Source: Polyangiales bacterium (GTDB lineage: Bacteria > Myxococcota_A > Polyangia > Polyangiales > Ga0077539). Taken from it: a stretch of DNA of 64,000 nt. Shown here one piece after another: positions 28,784 to 40,331 of this stretch; position 1 is the stretch's first letter, and every line of letters begins with the position of its first letter. The notes beneath the pieces are model-generated. The model saw only the letters and a list, made by a program, of their open reading frames with translations, searched no databases and was not told the DNA's origin. Location of the stretch: the NCBI GenBank assembly GCA_044229975.1, contig JBGARZ010000003.1:416001-480000 (forward strand), written 5' to 3'. The translations under genes were made by a program, and so were the position numbers.

Positions 28784-30051
28784 GACGTGGCCCCAGCGGC
28801 GTGTCGCGTGACCTCCGCGAAGAACTCGTTGAGCCCCTTGGCTCGGGTCGGGCGGCCCTCAGCTCGCGTGAGCTCGCGGTCGGCCCACGAGAGCATCGTC
28901 GCGTTGCCGATCGCGTCGCGCAGCCGCTCGACGTACTGCTCCAGCTTCTGGATGGAGTCGTCGACCAGGTCGGTGTCCTCGTCGCGCGGACGCGCGGGCT
29001 TGAGGAAGGCGTTGGTGAGGGAGATCGACTGCCCCTCCGTGCGGACGACGGCCAGCGCGTAGCTGGGGAAATTGTGCGCGGCCATACTGTTCTGCGTGCC
29101 GGTGGGGATGGCCGAGACGAAGGCTCGCACGAAGGCTGCGAGGGAAGTGCCGACGAGCTCGTCGCCGCCGTCGAGGTTGGCGCGGAGCGCGTCCACGTCG
29201 AGCACGGCGTACCGGTAGAAGCACGAGGAGTTGAACGCGACGGTTCCCATCATGTCCGAGCCCGCGGTGTCCTTCGGCTTGAAGTCGTCGACGGCGGTGA
29301 AGAAGTCGAAGTCCATCTGCACCCGGTTGGTCGAGATCGCCTGGGCAACCTGGCAGGACGCGTCGACGTTCCACTCGGGCTTGTCGGCGAGCATGCGGCC
29401 GAAGAGGGCGACATCGACGGTGCGCCGGGCCTTCTCCAGCAGTCCCTCGACGGCCTCACGCACCTCCTTGGGGTAGGCGTTCTTGGCCTCGGTCTTCTGC
29501 TTCTTCGCGTCCTTCTTCGGGGCCGCGGGCTTCTTCCCCTTCTTCGCTCCCTCCGCCCGGGCGGCCTCCGCGACGGGCTCTTCCGCATCGGGTGCTACGT
29601 CGTCGGCCGGTGTCTTGTCAGCCGCGAGGGCGCCGAGCGCGTCGCGGTTCGTGTGCAGCAACGTCGCGAGTTCACCCACCAATCGCCGTGGAACGAAGAG
29701 CAGGTACTCGGTCTTCCAGGCGTCGTCCCCGGTGCCCTTCTTGGTCTTGCCCAGGCCCACACCCTCGATCGCGCCCATGGTGAGCGCGAGGGCCTTCTCC
29801 CGATCGTGACCGTGCTTCGCGACCAGCTCATCGGCGACCTGAATGGCCAAACGCTTGGTGCGCGCGCCTAGCGAGTCGGAGGCGACGAGGTTGTCGAGGC
29901 GGAAGGTCTCTCGCACCGCGCGCTTCTGGCACTGGCTGGAGATGCGCGCGCGACGGTAGCCGCCTAGCTCGCACTCCTTGGGCGCGCCGGTGTCGTCGCG
30001 GTTGAGGTTGGACGGGGCGAAGTTCTGCAACAGATGGAGCTCGATTTTCAT
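28780..30051 (-). CDS. cas7e: Type I-E Cas7
   Basis: HLLQNFAPSNLNRDDTGAPK, RISSQCQKR, DVALFGRM, DFFTAVDD, PTGTQNS. Confidence 0.96.
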   Translation of the reverse strand: MKIELHLLQNFAPSNLNRDDTGAPKECELGGYRRARISSQCQKRAVRETFRLDNLVASDSLGARTKRLAIQVADELVAKHGHDREKALALTMGAIEGVGLGKTKKGTGDDAWKTEYLLFVPRRLVGELATLLHTNRDALGALAADKTPADDVAPDAEEPVAEAARAEGAKKGKKPAAPKKDAKKQKTEAKNAYPKEVREAVEGLLEKARRTVDVALFGRMLADKPEWNVDASCQVAQAISTNRVQMDFDFFTAVDDFKPKDTAGSDMMGTVAFNSSCFYRYAVLDVDALRANLDGGDELVGTSLAAFVRAFVSAIPTGTQNSMAAHNFPSYALAVVRTEGQSISLTNAFLKPARPRDEDTDLVDDSIQKLEQYVERLRDAIGNATMLSWADRELTRAEGRPTRAKGLNEFFAEVTRHAAGATS

Positions 30052-30067
30052 GGTCGGTGCCTTTCGT

Positions 30068-30577
30068 TCAGACGGTCGTGTCGTCGGAGTCTTCGTGGCG
30101 GGGGTCGGGGGACCAGAAGTCGCGCGCCCAATCACGGCGGACGAAGTCGTCGCCGTGGTCCCAATGCCGGATGGCGCGGTGGAGGTTGGCCCAGTCGATC
30201 GCGTGCCCCTTGCTCGCGATGAGAGAGACGGCGTGCCGCAGGTGGGTGCCGAGGTCGGCGCGACTCGCCGACAGCAGCGCGTGAAACCTCTGCTCGACGC
30301 TCTCGCTGTCGATGGCCAGCAAGCGAAGCGCACTCGCCAGCGTCAGCGAACCACTCTCGGGATGCAGCGCGAACAGCCCCGCGAGCAGCAGCGCGTCGTC
30401 CTCACGCTTGGTGCCCGCTTCGCGCGAGATGAAAGGGAGAACCACGCGCAAGCCGTCGAGCGCGTGGCCCTTTTGCAACGAACCCCGTAGCGCGGCGAGC
30501 GTGGCGCGATCCTCGCGCTCGGCGATCGCCTCCAGTTGTCTCACCAGCGGATCTTCTTTGGTCGATGTCGTACTCAC
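30068..30577 (-). CDS. cse2: Type I-E small subunit Cse2/Cas11
   Basis: LAALRGSL, LFALH, EQRFHALL, IDWANL, WARDFW; lies between cas8e and cas7. Confidence 0.9.
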   Translation of the reverse strand: MSTTSTKEDPLVRQLEAIAEREDRATLAALRGSLQKGHALDGLRVVLPFISREAGTKREDDALLLAGLFALHPESGSLTLASALRLLAIDSESVEQRFHALLSASRADLGTHLRHAVSLIASKGHAIDWANLHRAIRHWDHGDDFVRRDWARDFWSPDPRHEDSDDTTV

Positions 30578-32157
30578 GGGTTGCTCTCCTCCACGGCCAC
30601 CGGGGCCGACGTGCGTGGAACTCTCGGCAGGTTTTCTCCGAGGGACTTCTCGGCGAGCGCGTACGCCTTCAGCCACCGCGCGCTGTTGTCGGGTCGATCG
30701 GTCACGCGCTCAAAGACGTCACGGGCTACGGCGCGGCTGCGACGCGCGAAGGTCGAGGCCGCCGCCTCGGGCCCGTCGGGCAGTGCACGCATGAAGCGGT
30801 CGAACTCGACCCCGAGCGCGCTCCACGCGGCTCCCTCCGCGCCGAGTGACTGCACGAGTCCCTTGATGTCCTTGGTGTCTGGATCGCGCCCGCCCGGAGA
30901 GAGCGCGTGGCGCGCGAACAACCACAGCGAGCTCCGGAGGGCATCGACCGCTCTCTTCGCGAAGTTCAGGCATGCCTCGACAGCATCGCGGGCGTCCTCG
31001 TCGTCGAAGCAGCGAACGGCGGTCTGGATACGCTCGACTCGCACGGCGTCGACCCGGGACTTCTCGGCGGCGATGCCGAAGGTCTCCACCGAGTACACGC
31101 GGGTGGAGCCCAGCACGTCGATCGCTTCAGGGTCGGCGACGAGGGCGATGGCGCGCGGGCGTTCGTACTCTGCCGACTCCCCTCGCCCCGCCTCGAAGAG
31201 AGCGCCCGCGTCTCGCCAGAAAGCGCGCTCGGGGTCGATGCCGACGCTGACCCAGCCGCGCTCCTCGTGGCGCCGGTAGGTGACCATCGGGTCGTGCGGC
31301 GGATCGTCGCGCAAGCCCTTGCCCACGGCGTTGATGAAGCCGGTGACCACAGCGCCGTCGTGCACCAGCTCCACCCGTCGGCTCAGCCAGGTGAGGAGAT
31401 CGAGGTAGCCGAGGAAGGTCTGCTTCGGCTCCTTCTCCACCCGCAACTGCGCCGGGGGAGCGGGCTGCTCCCACGAGCACGCGTCGACCGCGCCTCCCGT
31501 GGAGATGGGCTGTCCCTCGGCGGGGTCATACCTGAGCAGGTTGGACACGAGCGTCTCGAAGAGCGTCGCGCCTCGCAGGATGACCACGCCCGCGCGCACC
31601 AGCGGGGCCGCGGTCGCCGCCGTGGGCTCGCCCGGCTTCTTCACGAGCCCGCCCGTCGCGAACGCGTGGTGGGCGAGCAGCGCGCGGGCCGCGCGGGCGG
31701 GCGACATCACGGGCGGTGGGTCCGTCGGACGGTGGCGAAAGAGGGCACGCCCGCCGCCCCACCCCGAACGCACGACCTCCATCTCGTCGATCGGAACGAC
31801 GTACTCGGCGAACTGCTCGACGAGCCCGCGCGTCTGCGCGAAGGGATGCGTCGGGTGGAAGAGGTCCATGCGGTCCGCGACGGCGTCGAGGTACGCCGCG
31901 ACGCGGTCGGGGTCGAAGCGTCCGGCCGACGCGATCGCCACCCACTGTTTCATGGTCCGCGGGCCTGCGTAGGCGCGGTGGAGCACGGCCAGCAGGTGAC
32001 GGGTGAGGGCCGCGACGACGAGCGGCGAACCGTCGGCGAGGCCGCGCATCTCGTGCGCGTCGCGCAGCAGGTCGCGGGTCGAGAACTCCTCGACCGAACC
32101 ATCGAGTCGCTCTGCGGGAATCCAAGGCTCGCGGGTCAGGTCAAACGAGGGTGTCAT
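30574..32157 (-). CDS. cse1: Type I-E large subunit Cse1/Cas8e
   Basis: FDLTREPWIP, DLFHPTHPFAQ, LF.H, G.TLFETLVSNL, TWLSRRVEL, DPMV. Confidence 0.93.
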   Translation of the reverse strand: MTPSFDLTREPWIPAERLDGSVEEFSTRDLLRDAHEMRGLADGSPLVVAALTRHLLAVLHRAYAGPRTMKQWVAIASAGRFDPDRVAAYLDAVADRMDLFHPTHPFAQTRGLVEQFAEYVVPIDEMEVVRSGWGGGRALFRHRPTDPPPVMSPARAARALLAHHAFATGGLVKKPGEPTAATAAPLVRAGVVILRGATLFETLVSNLLRYDPAEGQPISTGGAVDACSWEQPAPPAQLRVEKEPKQTFLGYLDLLTWLSRRVELVHDGAVVTGFINAVGKGLRDDPPHDPMVTYRRHEERGWVSVGIDPERAFWRDAGALFEAGRGESAEYERPRAIALVADPEAIDVLGSTRVYSVETFGIAAEKSRVDAVRVERIQTAVRCFDDEDARDAVEACLNFAKRAVDALRSSLWLFARHALSPGGRDPDTKDIKGLVQSLGAEGAAWSALGVEFDRFMRALPDGPEAAASTFARRSRAVARDVFERVTDRPDNSARWLKAYALAEKSLGENLPRVPRTSAPVAVEESNP

Positions 32158-32169
32158 CGGGCCTCCGGT

Positions 32170-34935
<2,766 letters not shown>

Positions 34936-35173
34936 GGGTGCTCGGTGTGCGAAAGGCGCCGCGCTGTCGTTGGTGTGTTGTGCCGCGATGTTGTTCGAGT
35001 GGTGTTGTTGATGCCTCTCCCCATGTCGGCAACGTAGACAGAGGGAGGGTTCACCCGCAACCAGCGCGCGGACATAACCCGTCACACCAAAAACCGTGTC
35101 CTTTCCTCGCGCCTGCGCCCACACCTTCGACCCGCCACATCATGCCGATGCATGCTCTCGCGCGGGAAACCCG

Positions 35174-35383
35174 ATGGACCTGATCGACTACGACGCCTAC
35201 CTCGCGCGGGAGCGCTCGACCGACCAGCGCCACGAGTGGCTCGACCCCAACGCGAGGACCAACCCGGTGGTGCTCGTCGAGGTGCTTTTTGACAGTACCG
35301 AGAGCTACGAAGTGGACCGCGTCTACGACGGCGTCGAGCTCGCCCCGGCGCCACTGCGTGGGCTCCGACGACTGGCGACCTGA
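35174..35383 (+). pseudogene. Internally deleted Uma2-family (PD-(D/E)xK) endonuclease remnant
   Basis: 69 codons joining Uma2-like N-terminus (YDAYLARERSTDQRHEWLD), core (NPVVLVEVL.DSTE.Y) and C-terminus (VDRVYDGV). Confidence 0.65.
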
Positions 35384-35686
35384 CCGTCGCGCGCCGCGCT
35401 CACGCTGCGGCGTGGACCCGGAGGCGCCGGGGCAGTGCAAGGCGCGTGGCACGGACCGAGTGCGATGCGCTGATCGAGCGCGATCGCCTTGTCCGATCGC
35501 TTCCGGAAGCCCCGGAGGGGCGCCCGCTTTCGCTTGCCCGGTGGTGCAGGCGCGGGACGCGACCAACCCCGGCGCCGCTGCGACTGCGGTCCTGACCGCC
35601 GCGCGCCGCGCTGACGCTGCGGCGTGGGCCCCGGAGCCTGCGAGCGTCGCGGACCCGATGCGCCGACGCTTCGGCGCCGGCCCCGA

Positions 35687-38302
35687 TCAGAAGAAGTTGC
35701 CGATGGTGAACTCGAACACCGATGCCTCTTCGTAGGGCAGCCGGTTGAGGGGGAAGCCCCACTCGAAGCGCAGCAGCCCGAGCGGGCTCTGCCAGCGCAC
35801 CCCGAAGCCTGCCGAGAAGCGCAGGTTCACCGGGTTGTCCTGGAAGCGCGTGCACGGGTCGACCACCGACGCGAGCCCCGTCCCGCCCGCGCCGCAGTAC
35901 TGCCGCTCGGTGTTGAACACGTTGCCACCATCGGTGAACACCACGCCGCGGAGACCCACCGCCGTCAGGATCGGGAACTCCACCTCGATGTTGTAATACG
36001 CCTGGATGTTGCCGCCGATGACGGCGCCGTTGGAGACCAGCGGCGCGTTGGGGTCTTGCGACAAGGGGAGCTGGAGGCGCGGCGCGATGGTGCGGAGGCG
36101 GTAGCCGCGCACGTCGAAGATGCCGCCGAGGAAGAAGCGCTCGAAGATGGGCACGCCCTGCGGGCGGTGGCTGAACACCACGCCGCCCTGGAGGTTCATC
36201 TTGAAGACGACGCCGGAGAAGAGCGGGCGGTAGAAGCGGAACCAACCCGACACGCGGGTGTAGACGTTCTGGCTGCCGAAGACGCTGTCGGCCATGTCGA
36301 CGCCGAGGCGCGCGTACACGCCGTCGGTCGGCGTCAGGCGGTTGTCGCGGTTGTCGAAGGCCATCGACACGCCCAGCGAGCTCGTGAAGCCCGACTGGAA
36401 GATGTTGGCGAGCGGCAGGCTGCGGAAGGCCGACGGCAGCGTCGTCTGACCGAACAGACCCGTCGAGGTGCTGGTGTTGGCGCCCACCTGCTCGCCCGTG
36501 TAGCTCGCGAACAAGCGCAGGTTCTGCCCGAGGATGGGGTACCCGAAGGTGAGCGTGCCGCCGGTGCTCGTGCGGCTGAAGTCGGTGTACGCGCGGACCG
36601 TGTTGTAGAGGTCGATCGCGAAGGTCCAGTTGGAGTCGAGGAAGTACGGCTCGACGAAGCGCAGCGAGAAGATCTGCCGCAGGCCCGAGAGCTGCGCCTG
36701 CAACGTCAGCGACTGGCCGCGACCGAAGAGGTTGAGCTGCTGGATCTGCGCGGTCGCGATGAAGTTCTCCACCGAGGAGAAGCCCGCGCCGATCTGGAAG
36801 GTTCCCGTGGGGCGCTCGGCGACCTCGACGTTGACCACGAGCTGATCGGGGTGGCCCTCGACGGGCTCCGTGGAGAGGTCGACCCGCTCGAAGAACCCGA
36901 GCGCCATGATGCGACGGCGCGACGCCTGGTAGGCCGACTCGCTGTACCGCTCGCCCTCGATGATCTCCATCTCGCGGCGGATCACCCGCTCGCTGGTCTT
37001 CGCGTTGCCGCGCACCTCGATGCGGTGGATGTGCACGATGGGGCCACGCACGATGCGAACCGTCAGGTCGACGGTCTGCCGCGCGGTGTCGGGCTGGATG
37101 TCCGGCGTGACCTCGACGTTGGCGTAGCCCGCGTCGCGGTAGTGCGTCTGCACCGCCACGATGTCGCGGCCGATGACGCTGCGGGAGAAGTAGTCGCCCG
37201 GCACGGCGTGGACGCGCTCGCGCATCTGCCGACGGCCGCCGAGGGGATCGACCTCGTTGCCGTCCTCGTCGACCTCCTGCACGCGGAGGCGGCCGATGCG
37301 GTAGCGCGGGCCCTCGCGGATGGGGATGACGATGTCGATGAACTGCCGGTCGGGCGTGAGCGCGACGCGCGGCGTGGCGATGTCGACGGTGAGGTGCCCG
37401 CGGTCGTAGTAGGCCGCGTGCAGGAGGTCCATGTCGTTGCGGAAGGCCTCCTCGCGGAAGGTTCCGCTGGAGGTGATGAACGAGAAGAACCCGCTGGTGC
37501 TCGTGGTCATCACGCCGCGCAGCTCGGAGTCCGTCAGGCTGTGGTTGCCGATGAACTGCACGCTGCGGACCTGCACCTGCTGGCCCTCGACGATGTGGAA
37601 CACGATGTCCACCTCGTTGCGCTCGCCCGGCCGCGCCTCGACGGAGTGCGTCACCCGCGCGAGGAAGAAGCCCTTCTCCTCGTAGAGGTCGAGGAGCTTC
37701 TGGACGTTGCGCCGGATGGCCGCCTCGGAGAGCACCGCGCCGTCGCGGATGTCGATGGTCTCGCGGAGCTTGTCCTCGTCGACGTCGTCGTAGCCCTCGA
37801 AGCGCACCGCGTGGATGGTCGGCCGCTCGGTGAGGTGGAAGCGAACCTCCACGCCGCCTTCGGCGCGCTCGATGCCCACGCGGAGGTCACGGAAGAAACC
37901 CAGGTCGAGCAGCGTGCGCGCGTCGCGCGACACCCGCGCGCGATCGAGACAGTCGCCCGTCCGCACCCGCACCGACTCGCCCATCTCGTCGGCGCTCACG
38001 CGGCGCAGTCCCATGAAGCGAACACGCATCACCCGCTGGCAGGTCGGCGTGGCCGTCGTCGCCGCAGGCGTCTCGGGGGTCTCCGTCGCCGCGGGGGTCT
38101 CCGTCGCCGCGGGCGTCTCCTGCGTCGCAGGCTGATCGGCGGCGGGAGTCTCTTCGACGGGCGTCGTCGCGGGGAGCTGGAGCGCGCTCGGATCGATCTG
38201 GAGTTGCTGCCCCTGGGGGCGTGGCTGCGCCTCGACTCGCCACGAGACGAGCGCGATCACCCACGCCAAAAGACACGCCAGCCGCCAACGCTCAAGAACC
38301 AT
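35687..38302 (-). CDS. bamA: Outer membrane protein assembly factor BamA
   Basis: Signal peptide, POTRA repeats (GNAKTSERVIRRE), NLFGRGQ, RFFLGG..VRGY, C-terminal FTIGNFF. Confidence 0.96.
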   Translation of the reverse strand: MVLERWRLACLLAWVIALVSWRVEAQPRPQGQQLQIDPSALQLPATTPVEETPAADQPATQETPAATETPAATETPETPAATTATPTCQRVMRVRFMGLRRVSADEMGESVRVRTGDCLDRARVSRDARTLLDLGFFRDLRVGIERAEGGVEVRFHLTERPTIHAVRFEGYDDVDEDKLRETIDIRDGAVLSEAAIRRNVQKLLDLYEEKGFFLARVTHSVEARPGERNEVDIVFHIVEGQQVQVRSVQFIGNHSLTDSELRGVMTTSTSGFFSFITSSGTFREEAFRNDMDLLHAAYYDRGHLTVDIATPRVALTPDRQFIDIVIPIREGPRYRIGRLRVQEVDEDGNEVDPLGGRRQMRERVHAVPGDYFSRSVIGRDIVAVQTHYRDAGYANVEVTPDIQPDTARQTVDLTVRIVRGPIVHIHRIEVRGNAKTSERVIRREMEIIEGERYSESAYQASRRRIMALGFFERVDLSTEPVEGHPDQLVVNVEVAERPTGTFQIGAGFSSVENFIATAQIQQLNLFGRGQSLTLQAQLSGLRQIFSLRFVEPYFLDSNWTFAIDLYNTVRAYTDFSRTSTGGTLTFGYPILGQNLRLFASYTGEQVGANTSTSTGLFGQTTLPSAFRSLPLANIFQSGFTSSLGVSMAFDNRDNRLTPTDGVYARLGVDMADSVFGSQNVYTRVSGWFRFYRPLFSGVVFKMNLQGGVVFSHRPQGVPIFERFFLGGIFDVRGYRLRTIAPRLQLPLSQDPNAPLVSNGAVIGGNIQAYYNIEVEFPILTAVGLRGVVFTDGGNVFNTERQYCGAGGTGLASVVDPCTRFQDNPVNLRFSAGFGVRWQSPLGLLRFEWGFPLNRLPYEEASVFEFTIGNFF

Positions 38303-38392
38303 CTGGGATTGCCGCGCGGCGCTATAACCCGCCCCCGCCGACAGCGGCAAGGACGACCGGCAGTTCGTACCCAACCGGCTACGGGGCGGCGC

Positions 38393-38884
38393 TCAGCGCA
38401 GCGAGGCCGAGCGATCGTGCGGATCGCGGCGGCGTCGCATCGCTCCCGGCGCGAGCGGCCACCCGGCGCGCTCGTGCACCCTCTCGACGAGGCGCGCGGC
38501 GTACTCGGCGGTGTAGCCCCGGTCGGGCCGCGGGCGACACGCGCACAGGCCGCATCGAAACCGCGAGATGGCACCCTGCCAGGTGCGGCAGACACGGAAG
38601 CTGGTGGCGAGCGCGACGGCGGCGTGCCGGGGCGTCCCCGCAGTGAGGCGATGGGTCGGGTCGATGGGCGCACCCCAGCAGCCGCCGCTGCGGGCGGCGC
38701 ATCCGTAGTGGGACTCCAGCATGCCGACGACGAGGAGGACGGCGGGCGGCACACCCTGCGCGAGGGCCGCGTAGTGAATCTGCTGCACGATGTCGTGGCG
38801 GCGCTGCTCGATGCACCCGCGCATCGGCTCGGGGACGCGCGGCAGGATCGCGAGGAGGGCCGCGAAGAGGAGTTCGATGTCCAT
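38393..38884 (-). CDS. Small Cys-rich exported protein, possible lysozyme/SLT-like fold
   Basis: Hydrophobic N-terminus, GVPPAVLLVVGMLES (resembles the SLT catalytic ES helix), W..AISRF..G, late Y. Confidence 0.5.
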   Translation of the reverse strand: MDIELLFAALLAILPRVPEPMRGCIEQRRHDIVQQIHYAALAQGVPPAVLLVVGMLESHYGCAARSGGCWGAPIDPTHRLTAGTPRHAAVALATSFRVCRTWQGAISRFRCGLCACRPRPDRGYTAEYAARLVERVHERAGWPLAPGAMRRRRDPHDRSASLR

Positions 38885-38970
38885 GGCGCGGCAGTGCATG
38901 GTGCCCCGACGGCCGAAGCGCACGTCCCCCCTTTCCGGGGGCTCGACCTGGCCAGCCGCACAGACTCGTA

Positions 38971-40287
38971 TTGTCGGCGGGGAGGCGTGTTAGCGTCCGC
39001 GCCAGGGACCCCGCCGCGCGGGGCTCCGATGGAGGCGATCAGGTGCTTCGACGAGAACCCCCCCGATGGGTCGACTTCGACCACGCGCGCCTTGAGCTCG
39101 CGCGCCTGAAGCTGTCCGACAGCGGAACCGTCGACGTGCTCTTCGCCCGCGCGGTGGAGATCTGCTCGCGCGCGCTCAACGTCGATCGGGTCGGCGTGTG
39201 GTCCCTCGACCCGTCCATCCCGGGCCTGTGTTGTGTTCATCTGCTCGACCGCAAGGAGCCCGCGTCCCCTGGCGATCGCCTCCGCCAGAGCGACCTCGGT
39301 CGCTACGCCCACGCCCTGATGGAGCGCCGCTTCATCGCGTCGTCCGACGTCCGCGCCGACGCGACCATGGCCGACCTCGTCGCGGAGTACTTCAACCCGC
39401 GCTCCATCGTGTCGACGCTCGATGCGCCGCTCTACCGCGACGGCGAGGTGGTCGGCGTGCTCTGCCACGAGCACCGCGGCTCGCCCCGCGTCTGGACCGA
39501 CGAGGAGGGCGACTTCGCCATCTCCGTCGCCGACATGCTGGCGCACGCGCTCACGACCTCCGACCTCGTCGCAGCCCTGGAGCAGCTCCGAGAAGAGGAG
39601 CGCGCCCGCCAGGACGCCCTGCGCGCCGAGGCCCTCGGTCGCGTCGCGCGCGGCCTCACCCACGACCTCGGCAACTCGCTCCAGTCCATCCTCCTCCAGG
39701 CCGAGTACCTCCTGCGCGTCGCCGACGACCCCGAGCGGGTGCGCGAGGCCACCCACACCATCCGCGACCTCGCGGCGCACGCGGGGCGCCTCACCACCGG
39801 CATGAGGGAGTTTGCCCGCGGCGTCGACGCGAAGCCCGCGCTCGTCGGCATCGACGCGCTGGTGGGGCGCACCGCCGACGCCCTGCGCGCGCTCGCCGGC
39901 GCCGACCGCACGCTCGCCGTCTCTCTCGACGCGGGCGACGCGACGGTGCTCGTCGACCCGATGGGCTTCGAGCGCGCGCTCGCCAACCTCGTCGTCAACG
40001 CCCGCGAGGCCACGCAGCCCGGCGGCGCCATCACCGTGTCTACGACGGCCGATGCGACCACGGCGCACGTCGCCGTGAGCGACGACGGTCATGGCATGGA
40101 CGAGGCGACGCGGGCGCGGGCCTTCGATCCGTTCTTCTCGACGCGCGACGAGGACGCGCAGCGCGGCTTCGGGCTCTCCATCGTGGCGGCGGTGATGCAC
40201 GCGGCGCGGGGCGAGGTGAGCGTTCGGAGCGCGCCGGGTGCGGGTGCGCGCTTCGAGATACGCCTCCCGCGGGTGAGCACACCGTAG
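38971..40287 (+). CDS. GAF-domain sensor histidine kinase
   Basis: GAF (LNVDRVGVW..STLDAP..GVLCHEH..RVWT.EE), H-box THDLGN, NLVVNAREA, DDGHGMD, DPFFSTR, GFGLS. Confidence 0.9.
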   Translation: MSAGRRVSVRARDPAARGSDGGDQVLRREPPRWVDFDHARLELARLKLSDSGTVDVLFARAVEICSRALNVDRVGVWSLDPSIPGLCCVHLLDRKEPASPGDRLRQSDLGRYAHALMERRFIASSDVRADATMADLVAEYFNPRSIVSTLDAPLYRDGEVVGVLCHEHRGSPRVWTDEEGDFAISVADMLAHALTTSDLVAALEQLREEERARQDALRAEALGRVARGLTHDLGNSLQSILLQAEYLLRVADDPERVREATHTIRDLAAHAGRLTTGMREFARGVDAKPALVGIDALVGRTADALRALAGADRTLAVSLDAGDATVLVDPMGFERALANLVVNAREATQPGGAITVSTTADATTAHVAVSDDGHGMDEATRARAFDPFFSTRDEDAQRGFGLSIVAAVMHAARGEVSVRSAPGAGARFEIRLPRVSTP

Positions 40288-40331
40288 CGCGTGACGGCGC
40301 GCGGGCGATGGGTGCACCATCCTCGGCGACC

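Noticed and set aside
38055..38125. 18-bp tandem repeats in bamA (ATETPA)
   Set aside because: Ordinary low-complexity linker after the signal peptide
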